Of a stretch of 64,000 nt of DNA, positions 14,040-26,472 are shown piece after piece (position 1 is the stretch's first letter; each line of letters begins with the position of its first letter). Below the pieces are notes generated by a model. It was given only the letters and a program-made list of their open reading frames with translations. It was not told where the DNA came from and did no database searches. Both the position numbers and the translations under genes were made by a program. The stretch comes from Hamiltosporidium tvaerminnensis FI-OER-3-3 (Eukaryota > Fungi > Microsporidia), in assembly GCA_022605425.2 (NCBI GenBank), contig CM061247.1, forward strand, positions 558,001 to 622,000. Reading direction: 5' to 3'.

Positions 14040-14560
14040 GTTCAAATACCCTTTTCCACCTATATTATTCCACACAAACCTCCCAAATTAGATAAAACGC
14101 ATTTTCATAAGCTTTGTGATCATAATATATGTATTAGCAATACATATTATCGGCTTTAACCCGAGCCTCTTTGGAAAATACCTAGAAAATCACATATTAA
14201 ATTTTGCAAATACATAATTGCGGTAATAATGGCATTTAGATATTCGAGTAACATAATACTGTAAGGATACTAGTGAATAGCAAAATTTTACAGGATTCCT
14301 ATATCAAAATTGAATCTAATCTAAAAGCATTCGCATTAGAAAGCTATTTAATATATTAAAGACCCTTCAATGGAACAGAATATAATCAAGTAAGTCTAAA
14401 ATAAAAAATATATAAGAGTATTTGTAGGTCTACAGTTCTTATTTTATTTCGAATTCGAATTGTAAAACTTCCAATTCTCACAAAACGTAACATTTTATCA
14501 GATCAACCATTTAAATAAATCAAGATTATAAGCCGAATGCTCAAGTCGCTTGTATTTTAC
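14040..14560 (-). mobile_element. Decayed non-LTR RT fragment
   Basis: Minus-strand patches resembling LGIF and 'FYL...GGKG' (cf. RLYLPR..GGRGL); heavily broken. Confidence 0.25.
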
Positions 14561-15942
14561 ATCGCTTTCTATTTTCATGTATTATAAGATTTTTTTCTAA
14601 TTTACAGGAATATTTCTTAAACAGACATTTGATTTGTTCGTTCTTAATATTAGGTATTAAAATGAGTGCAGGAATAATTTTAATTAAGACTTTTTCTTAG
14701 AAAAAAACAAATTTTTTAGTCGAAACCATTTCTTAAAATGATCTATGAAAAAAACCTAAAATATAAATTTACCTTTTTATGTTTCCCCATCAGGCTGATC
14801 TCAGCTTTTATTTTATTTTTTCTCGTAAAAACACATATAGGGTACCTTAGTAATACTTGTACCAAATTTTATCGTTGTTTCTAAAGTTTAATTAAAAAAA
14901 TTTGAAGATTTGTTTAAAAGGTTCTGTCATCTTTGTCAAAAATTATCTCAAAAACATCCGAGTTTAAAGAAAGATTACCCAGCCTCGAATTTCCGATTTT
15001 TTGACCAAAATAATTATTGATCCAGATCATATACCAAAAAATATGAATCAAGAAACGTGACATGGGTAGAACAATTAAGTATTTAAAGCCATTTTTACGA
15101 CTATTTTTTTTATAATCGATTAGAGTTTCGAATTTCAATCATACCTACGTTAAAAATACATATAGAATATTATTATGATCGCGAAAATGTTCTGTTATTT
15201 TTTTTAAGTTTATCCTGATGTTTTATGTACCACAAAACATAGAGAAATTAATTCTGATCGGCTTTTTACAATCAAATAAACTTCAAGGTGCCATTATCTT
15301 CTTCTTTCATGAAATAATTAGGCTTTGGGATTCGTATATTCCATGGCAATATATGCAAAAGACATTTTCAGAGATAAATAACTTTTCACTGGTTGGGTTG
15401 AGTATTTAAGCTTTAAATTGTAGTTTTTTTCCATTTAATATATAAATGAATCATGATTATATTATAATTTAATAAAATTGTTAACTACTAGCAAGGATTA
15501 CATATCTCGTTTAATTTTTGTAACTTTTTATCTCGACCTATAATTTATTTCGGCTTTTCTGTAGCATAAACTCTTGCTTAAGCTATCTATTCTATATATC
15601 GTATCTCCAGTCATTTTTCTATATGGTGATTAATATTGACATAAATCATGTCAATCCTATATTAATAAAACCGAATTTCTTTATCATTGGCTAAGAAAAT
15701 AAAGAATTTGGTTTTCTTTTGAAAATCCAGATTAAAATTCTATTTCATAAATTTTACTACTCATGGTTTGTAAAAATAATTGAGTTTAAAATATCACACT
15801 TAGATACACTAATCGAAAAAAAAATAATTTAAAATAGTAAACATAATATCCAAATATATTATTACAAACCGAGAATTTTTGCATTTTTCCAATTCATATA
15901 TTTGAGATCTGATGCCCATCTAGATTTTAAAACCGTATTTTT

Positions 15943-16464
15943 ATGATAAAGAATGAAATGAAGATTAATAAAACAAAAACAAATACCATTTATGTAACAA
16001 ACGTTGATACTAATATTACATATCTTGTTTTACATGAACTCTTTACACAAACTGGAAAAATAAAAAATCTTAAATATCCGACTGATAAAATAACATTGAA
16101 ACACTTGGGATATTGTTATGTACAATATTTTACCGAAGAAGATTGTGACTATACAATAAAAATTTTAAATTTTATCAAATTAAATGGTCTGAGTATTAAA
16201 ATTCACAAAATAATGAATAAAAATTACACAAAGCTATTTGTTGGTAATATTAATTCCGAAGTTGACGAAAAAAATTTATTCGATATTTTTAGTAATTTTG
16301 GAACACCAATTGATGTCAGAATTATACGTGATGAGAATTTCAAATCAAAAGGTTATGGATTTATTACTGGAAATGAAGAGTTTTGTAAAAATTGTATTGA
16401 AAATTTAAATGGAAAAATTATTTTCGATAAAGTTATTACAGTATGTTTGGCAAAAGAAAATTGA
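15943..16464 (+). CDS. HSH49: U2 snRNP SF3b subunit 4 (Hsh49/SAP49), two RRMs
   Basis: TIYVTNVD..LHELFTQTG..YPTDKIT...GYCYVQY.TEEDCDY.IKILNFIKL, then LFVGNI and SKGYGFI; matches the SF3B4 pattern. Confidence 0.88.
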   Translation: MIKNEMKINKTKTNTIYVTNVDTNITYLVLHELFTQTGKIKNLKYPTDKITLKHLGYCYVQYFTEEDCDYTIKILNFIKLNGLSIKIHKIMNKNYTKLFVGNINSEVDEKNLFDIFSNFGTPIDVRIIRDENFKSKGYGFITGNEEFCKNCIENLNGKIIFDKVITVCLAKEN

Positions 16465-16650
16465 TATAAAGCTGAAAACAAATTGAATATACCAAAAGCA
16501 ATATTTATTATGTCGGTTATTATAAAGAAAATACTGCGAATAAAAACTCACCTCTTTTGCTGTAGAATTCAATATTTTAATATATTTGATTTTTAGAAAA
16601 TTAAATCTCTTTTGGTTTTATATATTAAAAAATTAAAAAAATTTATGATA

Positions 16651-17335
16651 TAAATATCACATCTTCATGTTAATGTGACAAATTTTATATTGTTTACATG
16701 ATATTAATATATTTATGGTTTTAGATATAACTACCTCAAAACTTCATCTGCATTTCTTAGATATTTAAATTCAAAGTCTTCGTCTATTAGGTGTTAAATT
16801 CTCATTGAATAAATTAAGAATTTACCCGAAATTCGTTAAAATCATTGTCATGAAAGTTATTGCTGGTTTGAACCCACTTTGACATCCAAGTCCTGCTAGT
16901 ATTCCTACTCGCACTATACATTTAAAAACGAATAGACTTCGAGTTAAGATATATCTCAGCGACTTACATAGATTTAACTAGAAGTTTTAAGTTTATACTA
17001 ACGGGTATAACCTGCTAATTAACATTATTCACGGCTCTTTGAAAAGTTTTTTGTATCTCTAAGGTGATAATACTTCTAACCCGAATGAACAAGGCTATGT
17101 TTTTTTTTATGGGGATTACTCAAAATTTCAATTTTGGTTTTCATTCAGTTCCTAAAATATAGAATAAGTTTTTAGAAGATTTTTCAATATTATTTAGGCC
17201 TTCCTTACTTAATAAAATTTCCATGTAAACAGCCGAGAATACATTGAGTGTTCATTTCATAAAAATAAAACCAATGATATTTAAATCTATTTTATTTAAT
17301 CATTTCCAACCAGATAATGTTAGTATGATTGGTCT
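16651..17335 (-). repeat. Dispersed repeat family, divergent copy B
   Basis: Shares TAAGATATATCTCAG, GGTATAACCTGCTA and CTTCTAACCCGAATGAACAAGGCTA with the other copies. Confidence 0.75.
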
Positions 17336-18646
17336 TTTTAAAATAGAAATTTGAGTCTCATTAAAATAAATTATTAATCTAAATTTTTTAAAATATTTTT
17401 TGATTCGTTACGACTTGTAATTTTGCTAAAACAAACAGTTTTGATCTTTTTTTGATTCATCTTATGAAATCTAGGCTCAAATTTTTAGGGATGTCTGAAG
17501 AGGCTAAATAATACAATAAGTGTATTACTATATGAGTTTTCTGTCTTTTTGAATTATTTTGGTAATTCAATTAAGAATCGTTACTTTATTCACATGCTTG
17601 GAATATAAGTTATCAATTCACCTCATAATTATGAAAAATATATTCGTTAAAAATCTAGATTGTTTGAAGAGAGAATTAAAAGCACAAAACTGAGCAGTAA
17701 AACGGAACAAACAAAAATAATGCGCAATATTTTCTGTAAAAATCTTTTAGCTAAATATATAAAAGAATCTGAATGACATTTATAAATATATCAAGTAGCT
17801 TTAGATAAGCTATATCCAAATTTATAAAATTTCAGACCTATGCTAAAAAGTAATTTCCAAAGTTGTTTTGCAGCGGCCTTGTAAAAGTATTCTCAATATG
17901 ATCCACATTCGGGTGTCTTTTTCCAAGTATTTTTTTAAATATATTATAAGAAAATCATCTATGAAATCAAAACCTATAAACTTTCCGGTTTAAATGATTC
18001 AAGCAAATGGGTATGTCCATCCTGTTATCCTGAAAACCTTTTCTTTGGCTTCTTCATTAGGAAAAATGAGAACATTCTGTGCGTTGCGGTGCTATCGAAA
18101 TAAATTCTTTAAAATTGAGCAAGTATTATTAAATGATCAAATAAAAACAAGAGAATATATGAAGCGAAACATAATATAATATTTTTGTTAACAAATAAAC
18201 TTTTTATATACACCTTTGAAACCGAATTCTTAATAAGTAATCACTTAAAATAATATAAAAATCAAATTCAATCATATTTTATTCTGATAAAGTTGTATAG
18301 TCGGTTGGATAAGTTTTAATCATAAAAAGATGTAGATAGAAATCCAATTTTTTGACTAAATTAAAGACAATAATTGTTTGGAAATATTTTTATTTAACGA
18401 AATTCATATACTTGTTATTGTTTTGAGTAAGGATCCACATTTGATGAAAATTGAAAGACTAAATTTTGAAATTTTAAAAGCAGATTTAGAATATTTTAAT
18501 AACAAAGATAAAGCCATTTCATTTTCAAAAAATAAAAAAAGTCGTCTATTTTTTAAACTAAATAAAAATAAAAATAAAAGATAATTAATTTATATTTAAT
18601 TATTTTTTGAGAAAGTAGTATATATTTTACTTTTTATATATAACAA

Positions 18647-20818
18647 TCATAAAAAATCATTTAGTTTTTTATGTTCTTCAAAACCGTAAGGTACTTCCGA
18701 ATATCCAATTATTATTTTTTCGATATGGCAAAATGCAGTATTCTTAATATACGCTTCCAATCCAAAAGCATTAAAAGCAGAAATTTCCCCTCTGATTATG
18801 TTATATTCCGTATATGGAACATCAAAAGTATCATTTATCTTACCTTTTTGGGAAGTAATAAAACTTTTAATAAAGTTTAAGTGGTGTTTTTGAATCAAAA
18901 TTTCGATATAAAAAATCGGTTCTAAAATTTTAAAGTCGCTTCTAAAAAGCTTTTTACATTCTTTTTGAAAATATATACCAGTCTTTGAATTATTTTTTGA
19001 GAAATTTACAGATATGTTAACGCCAAAAACTTCTTGAAAAACAATTGGACCCTGATTTATGAAGTTTTTAAATAATTTCGATAAATTTTTTGATGCCTGT
19101 GTAATTACCTTATCAGTATTTTTTATTTCATAGTATAAATTGTTTCCTTTGTATGTCTGTAATCTAATTTTATCTTTTTTATTTTCTTCGTTAATATTCG
19201 AGGTTAAATCACAAGATTTTAAATTTATTTTATCCTGACACTTATTAGATTCAATATTATTATCGCTTTCATTTAAAGAATTCAAAAAATGGTTATAAAT
19301 TGTTTCCTTAGTCATTATTAATTTATTATTTTCAAAATCAAAACAGATATTTTTATTATCACTTATCGGTTCAATATAAATACTAAACTTAGCTGTGATA
19401 CAAATTTTTTTTGATTTGATTGTTTCTTTAAATTTATTAAAAATATAAATTATTTTACAGTTAATTCCCATCTTGTTTATATCACAAAAAACGGAATCAA
19501 GAAATAGTTCTGATGGACCTGATATTATATTTTCTCTTATATTTATAGAAGGATAAAGCTTTTTCAATATTTTCATTGCTGAAGCATTTTCAACAATCAC
19601 TGAAATAATATTTTCTTCGTTCGATCCATTGGATTCTTCTTTAATTTCCTTATCTAAATAAACGAGATAAGGCAGGTCTTTCGTAAAAAAATCAACTTCT
19701 ACAACACCATTTTTAAGAATTAAAAATTTTTTAATCACCTTATATTCGTTGTTATTTATAAATATTTTATTCTCTAAACTTCCTGATTTTGATTGTGTAA
19801 TAGAAAATTTTTGATCTAATGTTTTATTTGATTTTTGATTGTTATTTTTAATGTCAAGATCTATGCTATTATCGGTATTTATTTGGGTATAACTATTTAA
19901 ATTTGGAAAATAAAGCGGTAAAATCATATTTTCTACTCTATAATGTTTCTTGATATACATTTCTTTACATTCAATATTGTTTTTTTTTATTTTAAATAAT
20001 TCATCAATGATTTCAAAATTAGAAATTTTTAAACTTTTTATTATTTTAATGATTTTGCTGTTTTTTTGAATTCTTTGCTTATCAATAAAAGCCTCATAAA
20101 AAGATGCTAAAATATCTTCATTATATTTAAATATAATATTTCTGACTAACGAAGTTATAAATATATTTTCGGTTTTTATTTTCGAACGTAAATATTCTAT
20201 TTTTTCAAAAATTACCGATAACGGCATATTCAATTCTATTATTAATTTATCTAATTTATTGAGAACTAATATTGTATTTTTATTTGAAATATTTTTTAAA
20301 TAAAGTCTACAAATCAGAGAAATATCTTCAGAGATATCTAAAATTAATACGGTTGAATGAAAATAAGGAATTATTTCTTGTGTTTCTCTATAAAATTCAA
20401 TGTGACTAGAAGTATCTATAAAATTTACAATTACCGACATTTCTTTTGTGTTTTGTAGAAGAAAAGTAATTGGTTTATAATGTATAGTTGTATCTCTTTG
20501 ACTTTCATACTCAGAATGAATAGTTTTTCCACAAAAATTAAATGTTTTCAGATCAAATTTATCATTTTCATCGCAAATTATTTTTTCTACATCAAAATTG
20601 GTAAAATTACCGAAATATTTTATTAGTGAAGATTTTCCACTCTTTATACCCCCAATAACACCCACATTCAATACTCTTTCTCGAATATTAGCAATCTGTC
20701 TAAAAAAATCATAGTTTTTCACTGTACATTTATTAAATTTATATTCGTAACTCCTAATCTCACTAATATTTTCGTCTTTTGATTCAATTTTATTACCAAA
20801 CTCATCAAAAGATTCCAT
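18647..20818 (-). CDS. SNU114: U5 snRNP GTPase Snu114 (EF2-like), reduced and divergent
   Basis: N-terminal 'FDEFGN', P-loop GGIKSGKS, NKLD, GPSELFLDSVFCD, and C-terminal ILEPIFYIEI...AFGLE. Confidence 0.85.
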   Translation of the reverse strand: MESFDEFGNKIESKDENISEIRSYEYKFNKCTVKNYDFFRQIANIRERVLNVGVIGGIKSGKSSLIKYFGNFTNFDVEKIICDENDKFDLKTFNFCGKTIHSEYESQRDTTIHYKPITFLLQNTKEMSVIVNFIDTSSHIEFYRETQEIIPYFHSTVLILDISEDISLICRLYLKNISNKNTILVLNKLDKLIIELNMPLSVIFEKIEYLRSKIKTENIFITSLVRNIIFKYNEDILASFYEAFIDKQRIQKNSKIIKIIKSLKISNFEIIDELFKIKKNNIECKEMYIKKHYRVENMILPLYFPNLNSYTQINTDNSIDLDIKNNNQKSNKTLDQKFSITQSKSGSLENKIFINNNEYKVIKKFLILKNGVVEVDFFTKDLPYLVYLDKEIKEESNGSNEENIISVIVENASAMKILKKLYPSINIRENIISGPSELFLDSVFCDINKMGINCKIIYIFNKFKETIKSKKICITAKFSIYIEPISDNKNICFDFENNKLIMTKETIYNHFLNSLNESDNNIESNKCQDKINLKSCDLTSNINEENKKDKIRLQTYKGNNLYYEIKNTDKVITQASKNLSKLFKNFINQGPIVFQEVFGVNISVNFSKNNSKTGIYFQKECKKLFRSDFKILEPIFYIEILIQKHHLNFIKSFITSQKGKINDTFDVPYTEYNIIRGEISAFNAFGLEAYIKNTAFCHIEKIIIGYSEVPYGFEEHKKLNDFL

Positions 20819-21560
20819 AAAATATCAAGGGTGTACATATAAATATCTTTATTAAATTTGAATTCAAAATATTAAAAATTTTAGTGTCTCCTGGTTTCAA
20901 TTTATAATTTCAATGCTGTTTAATCATAATTTTATTCTAAAATGATATAATAATAGGCTCAAGAGTTTCTTATTGTAATTACAAATCAAAATAAATATAA
21001 ACTGAAGTAAACCATTGAAAATATATTCAAAGAAAACATATGTTTCATCTTAAAATATAATAAATTTCTAAGAAGTATTTTAATTTATCATTGATTTATT
21101 TAAATATAGAAATCCAAACTCTACAAAAATCCATAAAATAAAACTTAATTTTTTAAAATAATCGGACTTTTTACAATGAATTTTTATTAAATCCTTCATT
21201 CTCCATATGAAGTTCTATTTTTTTCTAAATAAATTCTATGCAAAGCTTTAGATATATTTTTTAATGTCATAACATTACATTCATAATCTATTTTATTGAA
21301 AACTTATTAAATTTTAATACGATTGAATCGTGAAAGATTAAATTATTTCTCAAAATTTATATTTCTGAAAAGCTTGTAGGTGTAAAAACATAAATAAATG
21401 TTTTGAAAAAGAATGAAAGAATAAGTTTTTTTTTATATTCCGAATCATAAAATTAATATTTTAGTAAATAAATGATTTATAAAATTTATAATTTAGATAT
21501 TTTATCTTAGTTTTATTGATTTTAATATTATTGGATTTCCACATATATTTATTCATTTAA

Positions 21561-22223
21561 TTATCCCATCGAGTTTAATTCGCGTTTTCTTCCCCGTTTT
21601 CTAACCTCTATTAATCTGTTCAAAACAATCTTATCGGTATATCCTTCGTAAAAATAATCAATAATAAACTCAGGATGAGTACAACGAATTGCCTTTTCGA
21701 AAAGATAGAGATCTACAGCCTTGTCTTCTTCTTTGGTTGAGAAATATGAAAGTCCAAAATCTATGATATACAGATCCTCCTTCTTTAATATAAAATTTGA
21801 TGTGGTTAAATCACCATGTATAATATTGAGTTTGTGCATTTTTTGTATAGTTTCACCCAATCTAAACATTGTATTTTTTATCTCCGTAATTTTTATAGAA
21901 AAAGAATCCGAATGTTCGCTCTTATTAAAATTATCTTTATATTTTTCAATTTGACACAAGAAATCTTTTAATATTGAACCTTCAATATATTCCATAAATA
22001 AAGTGGTTTTATGGTCAAAATTTTGTAGCGGTTTAACGATTTTTGGTACAAGTATTGAATTTTGGTATAATTTGTCTAGAATCTTTTTTTCTTGTCGTGT
22101 TCTTTTAAAACGGATTTCATTATCAAGTTCCACTGGGCGATACAGTTTTGGGATTCTTTCTTTGACTATAATATTTTCTATTAATAAAATTTTTGCTTCT
22201 GCCCCCTGAGCTAGGATTTTCAT
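21561..22223 (-). CDS. BUD32: KEOPS complex kinase Bud32/TP53RK
   Basis: QGAEA, KERIPKLYR, HGDLTTSN, IDFGLS, EDKAVDLY, EVRKRGRKR. Confidence 0.95.
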   Translation of the reverse strand: MKILAQGAEAKILLIENIIVKERIPKLYRPVELDNEIRFKRTRQEKKILDKLYQNSILVPKIVKPLQNFDHKTTLFMEYIEGSILKDFLCQIEKYKDNFNKSEHSDSFSIKITEIKNTMFRLGETIQKMHKLNIIHGDLTTSNFILKKEDLYIIDFGLSYFSTKEEDKAVDLYLFEKAIRCTHPEFIIDYFYEGYTDKIVLNRLIEVRKRGRKRELNSMG

Positions 22224-22531
22224 AGAACGGTTGTTAATTTTTTAAAAAATATTTAAATTGCTTGGCTAATATACTTTAATCATTAAAATATAATTTTATA
22301 AATAGAAGTTAACAATTGAAGATCAAAAGACAGAAAGAAAATGATAATCAAGATAAAATACAGAAAATAGTTTTATTATCTTCAATTAGTGCTCGGAATA
22401 AAATTACCAGATTTCTCGAAGAACCTTTGTAAATAAATTAGAAATCAATGGAAATTGCTATTTTGTATTTTTTTTTCTGAAAGTTTATTACTAGATTATA
22501 GACCAATAATCTTGTTTTTATAGGTTCATTC

Positions 22532-23225
22532 AGGGTGTATAAGTACATTAAAAACTAGCTGATTGGCAACGATGGTGAAATGTGTTTCAAATGCATTTTT
22601 TGAATTTTTGGAAGCTGAAAACCACACTATATTTTCTGCTCTTACATGGAAATATGTTAAAGAGAAGAAGTCTACAAGAAGGCGGAAATTTTCTTATGAA
22701 CTTGGTTTTTCATGTACTAGGTTAAGTAATCACGATATAATTTGTAGATAATTAATATGTAAAAGCATGGAAGCCTAGCCTTATTCATTCGGGTTAGAAG
22801 ACTTAGCGCTTGGGAGATACAAAAATACACATCCTTTAAAAATTAAGGAATACTATATGGCTTGTTATACATTTGATACTGCATTGTAACGCCTTGATGG
22901 GCTTCATTAAATTGCCGAAATATATTATAGTATAAAACCTATTCGGTTCTGAAAATGTAGAGTAAATGGGAACACACCTAGCCTTTGGGTGTCAAAGTTC
23001 GTTTCAACCTGCGATCACACTCTAGCCAACAGACATTATGAACTCTGCGCAGCCGAACGCTCATAAAATATGTTCTACACACCTTCGGGTGGAAATCGAG
23101 TAGATGTGAGTTTTGAGGATAAAGATAGAGTGTTGGAGATTAGTTATTTATATTTAACCGTAAACTGCATTAATGTCATGAAAACAATATAACACGCGCC
23201 ACTTTGCTAAAACTTGCGATATTTA
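22532..23225 (+). repeat. Dispersed repeat family, divergent copy C
   Basis: AAAGCATGGAAGCCTAGCCTT...GGGTTAGAAGACTTAGCGCTTGGGAGATA and AACTGCATTAATGTCATGAAAACAA. Confidence 0.8.
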
Positions 23226-23632
23226 GGTTAAAAAATCATTTCTTTGGTGTAAAAATACTTTGTAGAAATTTAATCTAAAATTTTTAGTATTTTTGAAGGA
23301 ATTTCAAACAACAATTTTATATTATTTGGGCCGAAAGGATGTTTTAAAATGCAGTATTAAAAACTTTTTGGGAGAAAATTTTCTTTAATTATGTCTCTTT
23401 TGGAAATAATTTATTTTAAATTCAATTTAGAGCAAAGCATATCTTAAAATCAAAGAAAGCAATTTAAACTCAAATTAATAACGAATTTATATGTAAAAAA
23501 ATTTAGACAGTTAATTTATATTGTAAAATTTTTAATCTATACCCAAAAAATATAAAAGAAATTGGAATAACAGATTTCTATTCTGTTAGGTTTTCATATC
23601 ATGTTCGTATTTGATATAATGATTCAACTGAC

Positions 23633-23884
23633 ATGGCCAATAATATTTATCCATTAAATTATAATGAATGTTGGAATACACATTGTTTGAGCACCATAGA
23701 TGATTATTTGTTGAGAAAAAATAAATATCGAACCGATAGACTTCCAAAATTTTCAAATTTGCCTACGTTTGTACAAAAATTTATTTCCGAATCTCACAAA
23801 AAACGTCTTTGTGAGAGAGTAAATAGAAGTTCCGAACTGGCAAGATCTATCAATAAAATATGTAAATCAAAAATTCATCAATGA
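23633..23884 (+). CDS. Small four-cysteine protein, probably the mature part of a secreted peptide (signal segment out of frame)
   Basis: 83-aa ORF with Cx4C...Cx16C; clear paralog at 31338-31626; hydrophobic 'ISILLGFHIMFVF' lies upstream in another frame. Confidence 0.5.
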   Translation: MANNIYPLNYNECWNTHCLSTIDDYLLRKNKYRTDRLPKFSNLPTFVQKFISESHKKRLCERVNRSSELARSINKICKSKIHQ

Positions 23885-24074
23885 ATTAGTGTAGTAATTC
23901 TTCTTATAATTTCATATATAATAAAAGCTTAACAATATATTTCTTTATTTAACATTTAAATATTTTATTTTCTTTAAATAATTAAAGAACTTACATAATT
24001 TTTCAATTCTTCTTTTTTTAATTTATTATAACTCAGAATTATAGATTGTCTTTTGGATCTGATGTAGCTAATAT

Positions 24075-24165
24075 TACACAGAAATGGCAACAATGATCTT
24101 TATACCATTTTAATGCTCACATTGCCAAGCAGATGGTTTTTAATGTAGTTATTTCTCATTCCACC
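24075..24165 (-). repeat. Dispersed repeat family, 5'-end fragment
   Basis: CATTGCCAAGCAGATGGTTTTT...TTCCACC matches the family end. Confidence 0.7.
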
Positions 24166-25963
24166 TATCATTAAAGAAACAAGTTTATTTTTACTCTTTC
24201 AGAAAATTTTTCAGATGGTTTGGAAGTAAAATATTTAAAGTATGACGAACCTGAATTTTATTATAGATTAGAAATGTAATCTTAGTTAAGTAGCATATAC
24301 TAACAATATAGATGCTATAACATCGGGTGAGAAACTAGCAATTTTTTGAAAAAGACACAGTTAACATGAAATTTTTAGACCTATTAATATAAAAGGTTCG
24401 AAAAAAAAATTTACTTTCCTTAATTGCATATAAATCTAAGCTTAGAGGTAAATTATAATTTTTTTTGAAAACAATATTAAGAATTTGTATTTGAAAATAT
24501 GAGATCACGCTAAAGTAGTGAGTATTTTAGATTTTAGAATAGCTCATCCAAGCTTATTTTAAAACGAAAAATGCACAATATAATTTTATCAGCTAAGAAA
24601 TTTCATATATATTCGCTCCGGTTTTTAACTCAAAAAATTAAGAAGTTACACATTCTAATACATGAAACTCATATTGCCTTCTGATTTAACCAAATAATTC
24701 AAAAATTAAATATTTTAGATTATATTGTTACTGAGTTCAAAATACTATACGGAATAAAGTGCAACTACTGGTTATATTAATATAGCAGTTATTTTAATTA
24801 TCATTAGTTAAAAAAATACTATATTCAGAACAGAAACTTAATAAAAGTGGATATAATCACGCTGAGATCATCTAAAAGATTAAATGGGCACGAATATCAA
24901 AAAAACTTTACCTAATACCTTCTAATCAGAGAAAAAAAATTTGAAATAACATATATATTTTTAAACCGAGTATTGCAGTATAAATTGCTATTACAAGAAT
25001 ATTGATTTGATATAAACCAGAGAAATAAAATATAAATGTAAGAAATTTAAAAAAGGAACCGAAGTGTATAGAAAACAATCTATATAGAACTAAAATCATT
25101 ACATCATTAAATATAATAGCTTTGATTCGTAATTATGAGTAGGAATAAGACAAATTTCAATGATAAATTATGTCTTTACAATGTTAAAATTTATTCAAAA
25201 TAATCGAATATTATTCATGATTAAAGTAATCATTTAATATTCCTGTTTATAACTATTATAATAAATTGTATTATGATTATATCCGCTATATTTATGTTTT
25301 CGGAAGGCTATTATTTTATGTTAAAAATGTAATTAGAATAATTATTTCGCTTAAGAAATCCGTCTTGTTGCAAATATTCAAGTTCAAATTTATTGTAGCT
25401 TAAACATAAGTTTATTTATATCTTTTATAGTAATAAAAACAAAATAATTTGCTTTTTATTCTCAAATAAAATTTGAAATAGTGGAACTTAAATAAAAAAG
25501 CTAAATTTTTATCTCTGATAGGTAAACTCTATAATTAGAAAACCTTAGAAGGATCAACGAAACATATCCTTTCTGTAAGAACTGTATCAAATGACTTGAA
25601 AATATATTATGAAATTGCTAAGGTTCAGTGGTTTCTAAAAACTTTTATGGAAAAGTAGCTAAAAATATCAAATTAAATTTTAACCTCCTATAATAATACA
25701 CACATGAAATACATTGATGCGTATTCAATCAAATAATATATTCCTTAGAAAAGATATAATATAAGACTTCATACCAGCTACTCATTTTTATTTTACGGGA
25801 TTTTGAATACTAAAAAATAAATTAGAAAGACAAATATTTTTTTTATTGAATCTGTTTGTAACTATGTATTTAAAGATTGAATAGCAACAATTCTATGAAA
25901 TTAGAATGTGGATTAAAAAAAATTACAAAGAATTACTTTAATAAATTTATTCTTCATTTTTAT

Positions 25964-26374
25964 TTATTGTGAGAAGTTCTCCAACATTTCATTTATTTTC
26001 TGTTCCATTTCTTTACATTTCGTCCTTTTCTCTTTCATTAACATATTAATAGATTCTTTTGCTTCAAAATATCTTGAATCTGAAATCATTTGATTAATAT
26101 TTAAATGCACATCTCTGATCATCTTAATATATTTAGAAGGATCTTTGTCTTTAATAATTTTGGAAAGAACTTTATTAAATAACAATAATGACCTTTCAAT
26201 CGAATTTTTTATTTCTTTGAATGGAATTTCTTTTATATTCTTATTTTCTGTAATTCTTGGTACACCATCTTGATTTATAATAAAATTAACACCGAAACAT
26301 GTATATTCTTTTGGTATAATAGGTGGAGATTCGTCTTTTCTAATTAGCGGTTTTGGCCAGGAGTTGATAATCAT
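25964..26374 (-). CDS. MED7: Mediator subunit Med7
   Basis: PPIIP..YTCFG and VHLNINQMISDSRYFEAKESI resemble the Med7 'N.HHL.N..RP.QARE.L' pattern; CCCC precedes the ATG. Confidence 0.8.
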   Translation of the reverse strand: MIINSWPKPLIRKDESPPIIPKEYTCFGVNFIINQDGVPRITENKNIKEIPFKEIKNSIERSLLLFNKVLSKIIKDKDPSKYIKMIRDVHLNINQMISDSRYFEAKESINMLMKEKRTKCKEMEQKINEMLENFSQ

Positions 26375-26472
26375 TGGGGTAAATATTGTGTAGCACAGTT
26401 TAAAATTTTTAATTTATTTTAATAAGGGAAAACGAAATTTAAAAAATTATAAGCTTTTTTCAAAAATATTTA

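Noticed and set aside
23070-23100. Hairpin followed by GAAA suggesting a hammerhead ribozyme
   Set aside because: No CUGANGA core upstream of the stem.
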